Positions 1 through 7,535 of a stretch of 36,801 bases of DNA are shown here, one piece after another. Each line of letters starts with the position of its first letter. Positions within the stretch are counted from its first letter, which is position 1. The DNA lies in contig CAZAPM010000006.1 of NCBI GenBank assembly GCA_964487475.1, positions 85,702 to 122,502 of the forward strand, given 5' to 3'. Below the pieces are notes generated by a model. The model ran no database searches, was not told the origin of the DNA, and saw only the letters and a program-made list of their open reading frames with translations. The position numbers and the translations under genes were made by a program. The DNA is from an uncultured Planctomycetales bacterium (lineage in GTDB: Bacteria > Omnitrophota > Gorgyraeia > Gygaellales > Profunditerraquicolaceae).

Positions 1-404
1 CCGCGCAGATAAGGAAGCTGGGGAAAACCGCGGTGGTGGTACAGTCAACGCAGAACCTGGAGAAGGTGGAGCGGATCGTGGAACAGCTGCGGCCGCTGGT
101 AAAGGAGCTCGCGTTCTTCAACACCATCTGCAAGCCGACCCGCACCAAGCAGGAAGAGCTCAAGACCATGCCCCGGGAGAATGACTGCATGATCATCATC
201 GGCTCGAAGACTTCCGCCAACACCCGCAGGCTGTATGAGCTTTCCCGTTCCCTGAACAAGCGCACGCACTGGATCCAGACCAAGAAAGAGCTTCGGCCGG
301 CATGGTTCAAGGGCTGCGGATCAGTCGGGATCAGCGCCGGAGCCTCCACTCCCGAAGACACGACCCGCGAAGTGATCGCGGCGATCGCTGCCCTCGGAAA
401 ATGA
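1..404 (+). CDS. ispH: 4-hydroxy-3-methylbut-2-enyl diphosphate reductase, C-terminal part (truncated by window edge)
   Basis: IspH/LytB motifs VQSTQ, NTIC, IGSKTSANT and SAGASTP; the frame is open back to the window start. Confidence 0.9.
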   Translation, partial: AQIRKLGKTAVVVQSTQNLEKVERIVEQLRPLVKELAFFNTICKPTRTKQEELKTMPRENDCMIIIGSKTSANTRRLYELSRSLNKRTHWIQTKKELRPAWFKGCGSVGISAGASTPEDTTREVIAAIAALGK

Positions 405-414
405 CCCGCGCTTC

Positions 415-1857
415 TTATCGCTTCGAGATCATATCTGATACGATGCGCGCGCTCGCCAGCACTACCGGCAGCCCGCCTCCCGGCTGCGTGCTCGCGCCGA
501 CATAATAAAGCCCCGGCATCCGCCTATCGGCGTTATACGGCCGGAAGAACGCGCTTTGCAGAAGATTGTGCGCCAGGCCAAAGGTAGCCCCGTACTTGAT
601 ATTATAGCGCTCCGTAAAATCCTTCGGGTAAAACGCGTGTTCAACCTCGACCAGGGGCCCGAGGTCTATCCCGGTGCGCTGCTTGACCACCTCGAACACC
701 TTGCGCTTCAGCTGTGCTTCTTTCCCCTCAAACGGCTCGCTGCCCGGCTCGCGGTTGTTGACGGGGATGAGCACGTACACCAGGTCCTTGTCCGGAGGCG
801 CCAGTGACGGATCGGTCACCGTAGGCACATGGATGTAGAAAGACGGGTCGGTCGGCACCTTGCGCTCGGTGAATATCTCCCGGAGGTTCTGCCTGACATC
901 GGAAGAGAAAAAAAGGTTGTGGTGCGCCAGGCCCGGGACCTTGCGGGAGAGCCCCAGGTAGAGCAGATACACCGAGCAGGAATACATGAATTTAGGCAGC
1001 CGCCGTCCCAGAAGCGTCTCCTGGGCATAGGAGTAATCGGCGTTGACCACGACCCGGTCTGCCCGGGCTTCCCCGCGCGGAGTGCGCAGCGTGAACGACC
1101 CGTTCTTATGGATACCCGAGACCTCGGATCCGTAATGGAACCGCACCCCTTTCCGGCGGCACATCTCCTCCAGCGTCTGAGGGATACGGTACATCCCCCC
1201 CATCGGGTGGCGGATCTTATCCACATGGTCGGTATAGGCGATGATGCTGTAAAACCCGGGCGCGCGAAAGGGGGAAACCCCCATGAACATGGCTTCAAAG
1301 GTGAAGGCGAAACGCAGCTTTTCGGATTTGAAGAAGCGGCTGGCCAGGGTCCAGTATGACGCGGGAAGGTTGAGCTTGGAGAGCAGCGGCCAGTACCTCG
1401 GGTTAAGGGGAGCGGAGGGAGAAAAACTCTCGAAGAGGTAAGGCTTGAGCGCGCGGTACATGGTCCCGGTAACGCGCAGGAACTCGTCAAACCCCCTGGC
1501 GCTTCCCGGCTCGATACGCTCCATCTCCCGCTTGGTGCGCTCGCAATCACGATGCACGGTGAACACGTCCCCGTCGGGATAGAAAATCCGGTAATTCTCG
1601 TCCAGCACTTTCAGGGGAAGCGTATCCCCGAGGTCCACTCCGCAGGAGCCAAACGCCTCCTCGAAATATTCGGGCATGAGGACGAAGGAGGGTCCGGTAT
1701 CGAAGAGGAACCCCTTATCCCGGATGATGTTGTTGCGTCCCCCGCAGTGCGGAAGCTTCTCGAAGACATCGACGGAATACCCCTGCGCGGAAAGCCTGGC
1801 GGCCGCGGAAAGGCCCCCCACCCCCGCACCCACTACGGCAATATTGGGACGTGCCAT
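415..1857 (-). CDS. Phytoene desaturase (CrtI/CrtN)-family FAD oxidoreductase
   Basis: N-terminal VVGAGVGGL Rossmann motif, FDTGPS, HPMGGM and C-terminal YYVGASTQPGGGLP; ATG at 1857 preceded by a GGAGGAGG RBS. Confidence 0.85.
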   Translation of the reverse strand: MARPNIAVVGAGVGGLSAAARLSAQGYSVDVFEKLPHCGGRNNIIRDKGFLFDTGPSFVLMPEYFEEAFGSCGVDLGDTLPLKVLDENYRIFYPDGDVFTVHRDCERTKREMERIEPGSARGFDEFLRVTGTMYRALKPYLFESFSPSAPLNPRYWPLLSKLNLPASYWTLASRFFKSEKLRFAFTFEAMFMGVSPFRAPGFYSIIAYTDHVDKIRHPMGGMYRIPQTLEEMCRRKGVRFHYGSEVSGIHKNGSFTLRTPRGEARADRVVVNADYSYAQETLLGRRLPKFMYSCSVYLLYLGLSRKVPGLAHHNLFFSSDVRQNLREIFTERKVPTDPSFYIHVPTVTDPSLAPPDKDLVYVLIPVNNREPGSEPFEGKEAQLKRKVFEVVKQRTGIDLGPLVEVEHAFYPKDFTERYNIKYGATFGLAHNLLQSAFFRPYNADRRMPGLYYVGASTQPGGGLPVVLASARIVSDMISKR

Positions 1858-1877
1858 CGCTCCTCCTCCAAATAGTG

Positions 1878-1907
1878 AGGGCACCGCGCCTGATGGCACG
1901 GTGCCCT
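1878..1907 (-). terminator. 13-bp stem-loop after the small basic ORF (terminator-like or RNA-stabilising hairpin)
   Basis: Minus strand reads AGGGCACCGTGCC-ATCA-GGCGCGGTGCCCT with one G-U pair; the U-tract is weak (CACTATTT). Confidence 0.55.
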
Positions 1908-1926
1908 GTGATGACTTAACGCACTA

Positions 1927-2007
1927 TTACCCAAGATTGGGTTTTCTTCCCTTATTCGCTTTCTTGGTACGCCAGTTAAGCTTACCCCTGCGTTTGCGCT
2001 TTCCCAT
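1927..2007 (-). CDS. 26-aa highly basic protein MGKRKRRGKLNWRTKKANKGRKPNLG, similar to 50S ribosomal protein bL37 (absent from the ORF track)
   Basis: GAGAGG RBS 5 nt before ATG, tandem stops TAA TAG and a downstream hairpin; KANKGRKPN resembles the actinobacterial bL37 KANHGKRPN motif. Confidence 0.72.
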   Translation of the reverse strand: MGKRKRRGKLNWRTKKANKGRKPNLG

Positions 2008-2037
2008 TATATCCTCTCTTGTTGATACACTGCCGCG

Positions 2038-2781
2038 TTAATATTTATAATAATTGGCCGGCACGGTCTGCGAAATATAGCGCACCGCCTCGATGATGCA
2101 GATACGGATAGCTTTCTCCATGGGAGTGTTCGAATACGCCGACAAACCGCCCCCCAAACCAAACCCGCCCATAAAACCGGCCATGAACCCGCCGGCGATA
2201 TCCGATGCCTGCCCCTGGACCCGGGTCGCTGCCAGGACTTCGGAGGTCGAGGTATCCACGATGCGGATATCCAGCGCCATATGCGCCTTGTTCATGGTCG
2301 CCCCTAAAAGGCCTCCCAGGACGCCGTTGGCGATCCCGCCGCCTCCCCCGATCCCCGCCGATCCCCCCGAAGACTGGGGCTCGAACTCCGTCACCGCCGC
2401 GGTCACGATGATATCCGCGGTCTTGATCTGTCCCCGCTGCGCGCCGCTTCCCGCCTGCGCCGCGCCGGACGCCTGCAGTTCCTGCTCCTGCATCACGGCG
2501 TTGAGCGCCTGGCGCTCCAGTACGGAGAACCGGTTGCTCTGCAGCATGGAAGTCACCAGCATCTCGCGCAGCCCGGAACCGATCTCTCCGGTGGCTTTCG
2601 CCGCCTTCACTTCGAAATCCGCCACGGCAATGCGCACCTTGGGGCCGGAATAAGGAGGCAGGGGCGATGCCCCGGCGGTATTATCCACCTGGGCGGTCGG
2701 CTGCGTCATGGACGCGCACCCGGCCACAACCGCTGCTGCGGCGACCAAAGCGACCACTACGAAAATTCCGCGCACGCGCAT
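2038..2781 (-). CDS. CsgG/HfaB-family outer-membrane lipoprotein
   Basis: Lipobox VAGC; IAVADF, SNRFSVLERQAL..VMQEQ, AVTEFE and LDIRIVDTSTSEVL segments typical of the CsgG family. Confidence 0.8.
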   Translation of the reverse strand: MRVRGIFVVVALVAAAAVVAGCASMTQPTAQVDNTAGASPLPPYSGPKVRIAVADFEVKAAKATGEIGSGLREMLVTSMLQSNRFSVLERQALNAVMQEQELQASGAAQAGSGAQRGQIKTADIIVTAAVTEFEPQSSGGSAGIGGGGGIANGVLGGLLGATMNKAHMALDIRIVDTSTSEVLAATRVQGQASDIAGGFMAGFMGGFGLGGGLSAYSNTPMEKAIRICIIEAVRYISQTVPANYYKY

Positions 2782-2782
2782 A

Positions 2783-3403
2783 TTACTTTCCCCCTTCTTT
2801 TGCCAATGCTTCCGAGATCTTGAGCGCCAACGCTTCCCCGGCTTTTTCCAGGGCTTCCCGTCCCCCGGTGACGACGTCCAGATGCGCGGAGTTGCCTCCG
2901 GTCGAAAGATACGCCAGCACCTTGCCGTCCCTGACCCGGATCAGTTTCGCAGAGACATTGGCGAAGCAGGAACGCATCGAAGACTGCGGGATATTGCCGC
3001 CGGAAGTGGCCACGGCCTTTCCCACTACCGCATACTCGGCGCCTGCGGCGCTGGCCAGCTTACCCGTGGCATCGTCCGTGATGGAAACCACCCGGAATGC
3101 CGGCTGCTGCGATAATGATTCCTTGGCCGAAGCCGGATCGACCACGGTGAACCCTTTTTCGATCAATTTTCCGGCTACCATCGCTTCCGTGGCAGAAAGA
3201 TCTATCTCGCTGGCCCACCAGGCGCGCTGCGGGCCGTCAATGTTCTGTTCCGCGATCAAAAGGATTATCCGGAGGGAGGATACCGCTGCGGGAGCCTGGA
3301 GAGGCGCAGCCGGCGCCGCAACCGACGCATTCTCCTGCGCATACACGTTCCCAAACACGCACACCGATAATGCCCACACCAACGCCAGGATATACCTTTT
3401 CAT
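2783..3403 (-). CDS. Exported protein with a probable CsgG/FlgT/TolB-N-like alpha/beta domain
   Basis: Signal peptide; GFTVVD, AEYAVVG and AKLIRVRDGKVLA pattern; stop lies 1 nt before the CsgG-family start. Confidence 0.6.
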   Translation of the reverse strand: MKRYILALVWALSVCVFGNVYAQENASVAAPAAPLQAPAAVSSLRIILLIAEQNIDGPQRAWWASEIDLSATEAMVAGKLIEKGFTVVDPASAKESLSQQPAFRVVSITDDATGKLASAAGAEYAVVGKAVATSGGNIPQSSMRSCFANVSAKLIRVRDGKVLAYLSTGGNSAHLDVVTGGREALEKAGEALALKISEALAKEGGK

Positions 3404-3421
3404 ACCCGCTCCTTTTTCCTT

Positions 3422-3449
3422 ACTATATACAAAATATACCCGCTGTCAA
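3422..3449 (-). promoter_or_regulatory. Sigma70-type promoter for the 3403/2781 operon
   Basis: TTGACA-16-TATAGT followed by an AAGGAG RBS. Confidence 0.6.
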
Positions 3450-4105
3450 GCCAAAAGCCCGGCGCGGGTTATCTGCCCCAGGCCCGGGACCACACGCCAG
3501 GGACGCTGGGCCGAAAGCTCCCTTTTCGTGCTCGAGCCGGTCGTCACCATGATGCAGCGGACACCGGCGTTTCGCGCGGTCTCAGCGTCGATCGCCATAT
3601 CCCCCACGAACACCGTCTCCGCACATGCGCACTCCAGCTTCTGCATGATCACCTGCAGGATACGGGGATGCGGCTTTCCCCTGGCCAGCGTATCGGCGCA
3701 GCGCACATAATCAAAATACTCCGCGATCCGGAGATGTACCAAAAGCAGGCGGGCGAACTTCGTCGGCCGGTTGCTGGCGATCGCCAGCTTCACTCCCCGG
3801 CGTTTCAGCCGGCGCAAAAGCGCTTTCGCCCCAGGCATTAACCGCGAATACCTCGGCAGGTCCTTACGATGGACTTCCCGGTATATACGGATCGCTTTCG
3901 GGAAATCCTTTTTCGAAACAAAGGGACGGATCAGCTGCTTATCCCCCCATCCGACGCTGCGCCGGATGAACCCCAGGCTTTTCTGCGGATACCCCAGGGA
4001 CCGCATGGTAAAATTGAAGCTTCTGGCGATCGCGGGATACGCGTTGACCAGGGTGCCGTCCAGATCGAACACCACCAGGGAAACCGTTGCCTTAGCGTTA
4101 CTCAT
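3446..4105 (-). CDS. HAD-family hydrolase (phosphoglycolate phosphatase-like)
   Basis: FDLDGTL, IASN, KPHP and VGDMAID HAD motifs. Confidence 0.85.
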   Translation of the reverse strand: MSNAKATVSLVVFDLDGTLVNAYPAIARSFNFTMRSLGYPQKSLGFIRRSVGWGDKQLIRPFVSKKDFPKAIRIYREVHRKDLPRYSRLMPGAKALLRRLKRRGVKLAIASNRPTKFARLLLVHLRIAEYFDYVRCADTLARGKPHPRILQVIMQKLECACAETVFVGDMAIDAETARNAGVRCIMVTTGSSTKRELSAQRPWRVVPGLGQITRAGLLA

Positions 4106-4110
4106 GCCGG

Positions 4111-4146
4111 AAACAAAAGGCAGGGGTTACGTTCAACCCCTGCCTT
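4111..4146 (-). terminator. Rho-independent terminator after the 4169-4627 gene
   Basis: Perfect 12-bp stem AAGGCAGGGGTT/AACCCCTGCCTT whose minus-strand 3' end runs into TTTTGTTT. Confidence 0.8.
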
Positions 4147-4168
4147 GCTGTCTGATATCGGTAAATTG

Positions 4169-4627
4169 CTATTGCGCGGCCGGCGCGGCTTCAGGCGCTT
4201 CGGGAGCCGCCGCTTCCACTGCCGCAGCTTCCTCTTTAAGAGGCTCATCCATAACCGGAGCAACCGGTTCCGGTTTTTCCACGCTTATGTTCTTTGCCAG
4301 GACTTTGCCCTCACCGGCAGACATATAATCGATGCTTACCGTATCCTGGGGCTTGATCTCATCAAGGGACTTGCTGTTCTCAAAGGTGGTCTTCTCGTCG
4401 ACAGACAAGGACATCTCTTTTTCAGCGTCCGCTTCGTAATCGAGGTATTTCACCACCAGCACGTTCTTCGAAGGATCCACCGAGACTACCTCTCCCCAGA
4501 GCCACTGCATCTCGGGCTCCAGCACTGTCGGGTCCGGGACCTTCAAAGTCGCATCCTGGCAAAAACCCACTGCCGCCACACCGCACATCACCGCAAGAAA
4601 AATGACAAATAATACCGCCCGTTTCAT
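4169..4627 (-). CDS. Exported hypothetical protein (small beta-barrel, DUF5666-like) with an Ala/Pro/Glu-rich tail
   Basis: Signal peptide; WGEVVSVD and LDEIKPQDTVSIDY pattern; AGGAGG RBS. Confidence 0.65.
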   Translation of the reverse strand: MKRAVLFVIFLAVMCGVAAVGFCQDATLKVPDPTVLEPEMQWLWGEVVSVDPSKNVLVVKYLDYEADAEKEMSLSVDEKTTFENSKSLDEIKPQDTVSIDYMSAGEGKVLAKNISVEKPEPVAPVMDEPLKEEAAAVEAAAPEAPEAAPAAQ

Positions 4628-4654
4628 ACCTGCCTCCTTGTAATGGTAGGTTTT

Positions 4655-4683
4655 ACCCTACCACACTTTGCCGGCCTTGTCAA
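4655..4683 (-). promoter_or_regulatory. Sigma70-type promoter for the 4627 gene
   Basis: TTGACA-17-TAGGGT with an extended -10 TGG. Confidence 0.5.
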
Positions 4684-6071
4684 GAGTACGCCGGCAGCAT
4701 CACCAGCGCCGCCCATACGATCGCGGTAGTGACCACTCCGACCACCAATCCTATCCAAAACCATTGGAAGAACTTGACTTTCAGGTTTCTTTCCTTTTCC
4801 AGGATCCCCAGCGCGACGATATTCGCGGTAGAGCCGACCAGGGTGATATTCCCCCCCAGACACCCCCCGAAAAGCAGCGCCCACCACAGCGGCTGAAGCT
4901 TGACCTGCAGCGCGCCGAACCCCTGGATGATGGGGATGAACGCCGCCACCAGCACCACGTTATCCAGGATGCTCGAACCGATCGAGCTTATCCAAAGGAT
5001 GATCCCCAGCAGGAAATCAGGATTTGACCCTGTTGCCTGCACGATCTTTCCGGCCAGCACGTCGGTCGCACCCGTGTACTTCAGCGTCCCGGCCTGCGCA
5101 AAGAGCAGCAGGAAGAACAACAGCGTCCACCACTCCACGTCCTTCTCCACATACTCCCTGGCCTTGTCCCTTTTCCAGATCATGATCCCGGCGCTGGAGA
5201 TAAGCGGCACCACCAGCAGCATGGTATTGCCCTCCAGATCGAAAAAGAGCTCGAGACGGTGGTGGAACGCGATCACCAGCAGGGTGGAAAAAAAGATCCC
5301 CAGGCCGATCTTGAGCCTGCGCTCCGCGGGCACGGAGATGAGCTTGATCAGCATTTCGTTGTTGCCGAACTCCTTGATGTGCTGGTCGAACTTACGCATC
5401 TCTTTACGGTACCAGACCATCATGATCAGAGAGGCGGCGACCAGGCAAATCACGCTCAAAGGAAAGGCCTTGAGGATGAAATCCTCGAAGGTAAGCCCCG
5501 ATTTGGAGGCGATAAGGATGCCGATGGGATTGCCCAGGACCGTGGCAGCGCTTCCGATATTGGTGGCGAGCACCGCGATGATGATGAAGGGTAAAGGGTC
5601 CATCTCGAAGTAATCGCAGATCTCCAGCACCGCAGCCACGATGAAAATAATGGAGACCACCTCGGAGGTCATGGCGGAGAGGGCGGCGGAAACTCCGCAG
5701 ACGACCAGTACGAACTTGCGGGCGGTAAGGTTGCGGATGCGCAGCATCAGCTGCACCACCCAGGCAAAAAACCCTTCGTCCTTGAGCAGTCCGACGATGA
5801 TCATCATCCCCACCAGGAAAAGGATCACTTCCAGGGAGGCGAACTTAACCAGATGCTCGAGGTCTATGGCTTTGAAGATAAGCAGCAGGGACGTGCCGAT
5901 GAAGGCAAAACTCAGGCGGAACTCCCAGAAGAAAAGCGTGCCCAGGATAGAGACGGAAAAGACCGCGATCGACAATGCCTGGGAGGGCTCCAGCCCTATC
6001 TGACGCACGAAAAAGCCCAGCGCGGCGGAGAGCAGCGTCAACAGGAGCATTTTGGGCAGGAAGCCGCGCAT
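4680..6071 (-). CDS. ArsB/NhaD/SLC13-type ion transporter (IT superfamily permease)
   Basis: Multi-TM protein with ATNIGSAATVLGNP, ILDNV and LGGNITLVGSTANIV motifs. Confidence 0.85.
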   Translation of the reverse strand: MRGFLPKMLLLTLLSAALGFFVRQIGLEPSQALSIAVFSVSILGTLFFWEFRLSFAFIGTSLLLIFKAIDLEHLVKFASLEVILFLVGMMIIVGLLKDEGFFAWVVQLMLRIRNLTARKFVLVVCGVSAALSAMTSEVVSIIFIVAAVLEICDYFEMDPLPFIIIAVLATNIGSAATVLGNPIGILIASKSGLTFEDFILKAFPLSVICLVAASLIMMVWYRKEMRKFDQHIKEFGNNEMLIKLISVPAERRLKIGLGIFFSTLLVIAFHHRLELFFDLEGNTMLLVVPLISSAGIMIWKRDKAREYVEKDVEWWTLLFFLLLFAQAGTLKYTGATDVLAGKIVQATGSNPDFLLGIILWISSIGSSILDNVVLVAAFIPIIQGFGALQVKLQPLWWALLFGGCLGGNITLVGSTANIVALGILEKERNLKVKFFQWFWIGLVVGVVTTAIVWAALVMLPAYS

Positions 6072-6080
6072 ACGGAAGGG

Positions 6081-6527
6081 CTACCTCAATGGATTGATGA
6101 GCGCGCGTAAAAGGTCGGCGCGCGAGACTATACCCGAGACCTTGCCCTGCGCATCCAGCACCGGCAGGCGGCGGGCCTTACGGGCGAGCATCACGTGTAT
6201 CGCCTCCACCACACCGGTGGTCTCCGTCACGGTGACCACTTCCTTGCGGGAGACATCCGCGACCAGCGCCTGCGAGAGCTGCGCGAACTTCCGGTGCACG
6301 GCCTTGGGGTCGTCCTGATAGACGAAATTCCCGACTTGCGAGACATAACTGGGGAGGATATACGAAAGGATGTCCTTTTCCGTGAACATGCCCACGAGCG
6401 TGCGGTCCTCGGTCAGGACGGGCAGCCCGCTGATCTTGCGCTCCAGCAGCAGGTCCAGCGCCTTAAGCGCGGGCATCTGGGGCAACACGCTTACCACGTC
6501 CCTGGTCATGATCTCGTGTACTTTCAT
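6081..6527 (-). CDS. CBS-domain pair protein
   Basis: IMTRDVVSV, ISGLPV, GMFTEKD, RRLPV and GIVSRADLL; start chosen from GGAGG spacing. Confidence 0.85.
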   Translation of the reverse strand: MKVHEIMTRDVVSVLPQMPALKALDLLLERKISGLPVLTEDRTLVGMFTEKDILSYILPSYVSQVGNFVYQDDPKAVHRKFAQLSQALVADVSRKEVVTVTETTGVVEAIHVMLARKARRLPVLDAQGKVSGIVSRADLLRALINPLR

Positions 6528-6564
6528 CATCCCCTCCCTGCCCTGCAAAAACACCCCGAACTCG

Positions 6565-7125
6565 TTATCTCCGGAATGACCCCCGCGCTTTTGCGGAAAC
6601 GGCCACCGCGGCCATGAGCTTAAACCCTTCCGCAGCTATGAACGGGGCTGCGCCGGCGGCGAACGCCTGGGCGAAACTCCCGGCAAAATACACCCTCAGC
6701 CAAAGGACCCCGGCCGTGAAGATAATGACCTCGGCGGCCAGGAATGCGACCACGAGACGAACCGGGCTCCTCGAACCGCCGCGCAGGATGAAGGACGCCG
6801 CCAGGAACGCGGGCACGAACGCCCACAGGTATCCTGCCGTAGGCCCTGCCAGGTACAGCCAACCGCTTCCGGCATTGGTGAACCAGGGCACTCCGGCTGC
6901 GCCGAAGGTCAGGTACGCCGCAACCGCGGCCAAGCCCGCACCCCTGCCCGCAAAAGCAGCCATGCACATGATCACAAAGGTCTGCATGGTCGCGGGAACG
7001 GGGGTAAAAGGCAGCGGGATGCGCACAAAGGCGCTCAACGCCAGGGCGGTCAGAAAAAACAACGCCGTCAACGATTTTACGGCGATCTTATTGGTCACTA
7101 TCTCTTTCTTCAGCAAAGCTTCCAT
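6565..7125 (-). CDS. bioY: Biotin ECF S-component BioY
   Basis: IPLPFTPVPATMQT, GAAGVPWF and GPTAGYL motifs; start ambiguous between 7125 and 7146. Confidence 0.9.
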   Translation of the reverse strand: MEALLKKEIVTNKIAVKSLTALFFLTALALSAFVRIPLPFTPVPATMQTFVIMCMAAFAGRGAGLAAVAAYLTFGAAGVPWFTNAGSGWLYLAGPTAGYLWAFVPAFLAASFILRGGSRSPVRLVVAFLAAEVIIFTAGVLWLRVYFAGSFAQAFAAGAAPFIAAEGFKLMAAVAVSAKARGSFRR

Positions 7126-7180
7126 GCTCATTCCTTTGTTAACCATGATTGAACGAACGATTTACCTTAATGGTTTATAT

Positions 7181-7209
7181 AGTATACCGGATTCCGCCCG
7201 AAAAGTAAA
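7181..7209 (-). promoter_or_regulatory. Probable bioY promoter
   Basis: TTTACT-17-TATACT. Confidence 0.55.
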
Positions 7210-7212
7210 GCG

Positions 7213-7305
7213 GGGACGGTTCGCACAGGCGAACCCTGAGCATACCGATAAGCTCAGGGGTAGCTTCAAAGGGGGACAGTTTTAACCGTAAATCAGAACC
7301 GTCCC
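7213..7305. repeat. Nested inverted-repeat (REP-like) element
   Basis: Outer IR GGGACGGTTC (7213-7222) / GAACCGTCCC (7296-7305); inner hairpins GGTTCGC/GCGAACC and CCCTGAGC/GCTCAGGG; a second imperfect copy GGGACAGTT at 7273. Confidence 0.6.
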
Positions 7306-7311
7306 TAACGC

Positions 7312-7524
7312 TTATTCCTTGGCGATCGCCAGGGTGATCAACCCGGCGAGCAGGAAAAAGAGCCCCACACAGCCCTTGATGATGAACGCCAGATTGCCGA
7401 ACCAGCGGTTGATGGCATACGCCCCCACCACCAAAAACGCCAGCCCCAGCACGACCTTGCAAAAGGTGGCGAATACCTTGCCTCCGTCGGGTTTCTTCTC
7501 TTCCTTCTTGATCTCGTCTGCCAT
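7312..7524 (-). CDS. Small two-TM membrane protein (70 aa)
   Basis: AAGGAGGGG RBS, charged N-terminus and two hydrophobic segments. Confidence 0.7.
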   Translation of the reverse strand: MADEIKKEEKKPDGGKVFATFCKVVLGLAFLVVGAYAINRWFGNLAFIIKGCVGLFFLLAGLITLAIAKE

Positions 7525-7535
7525 ATCCCCTCCTT

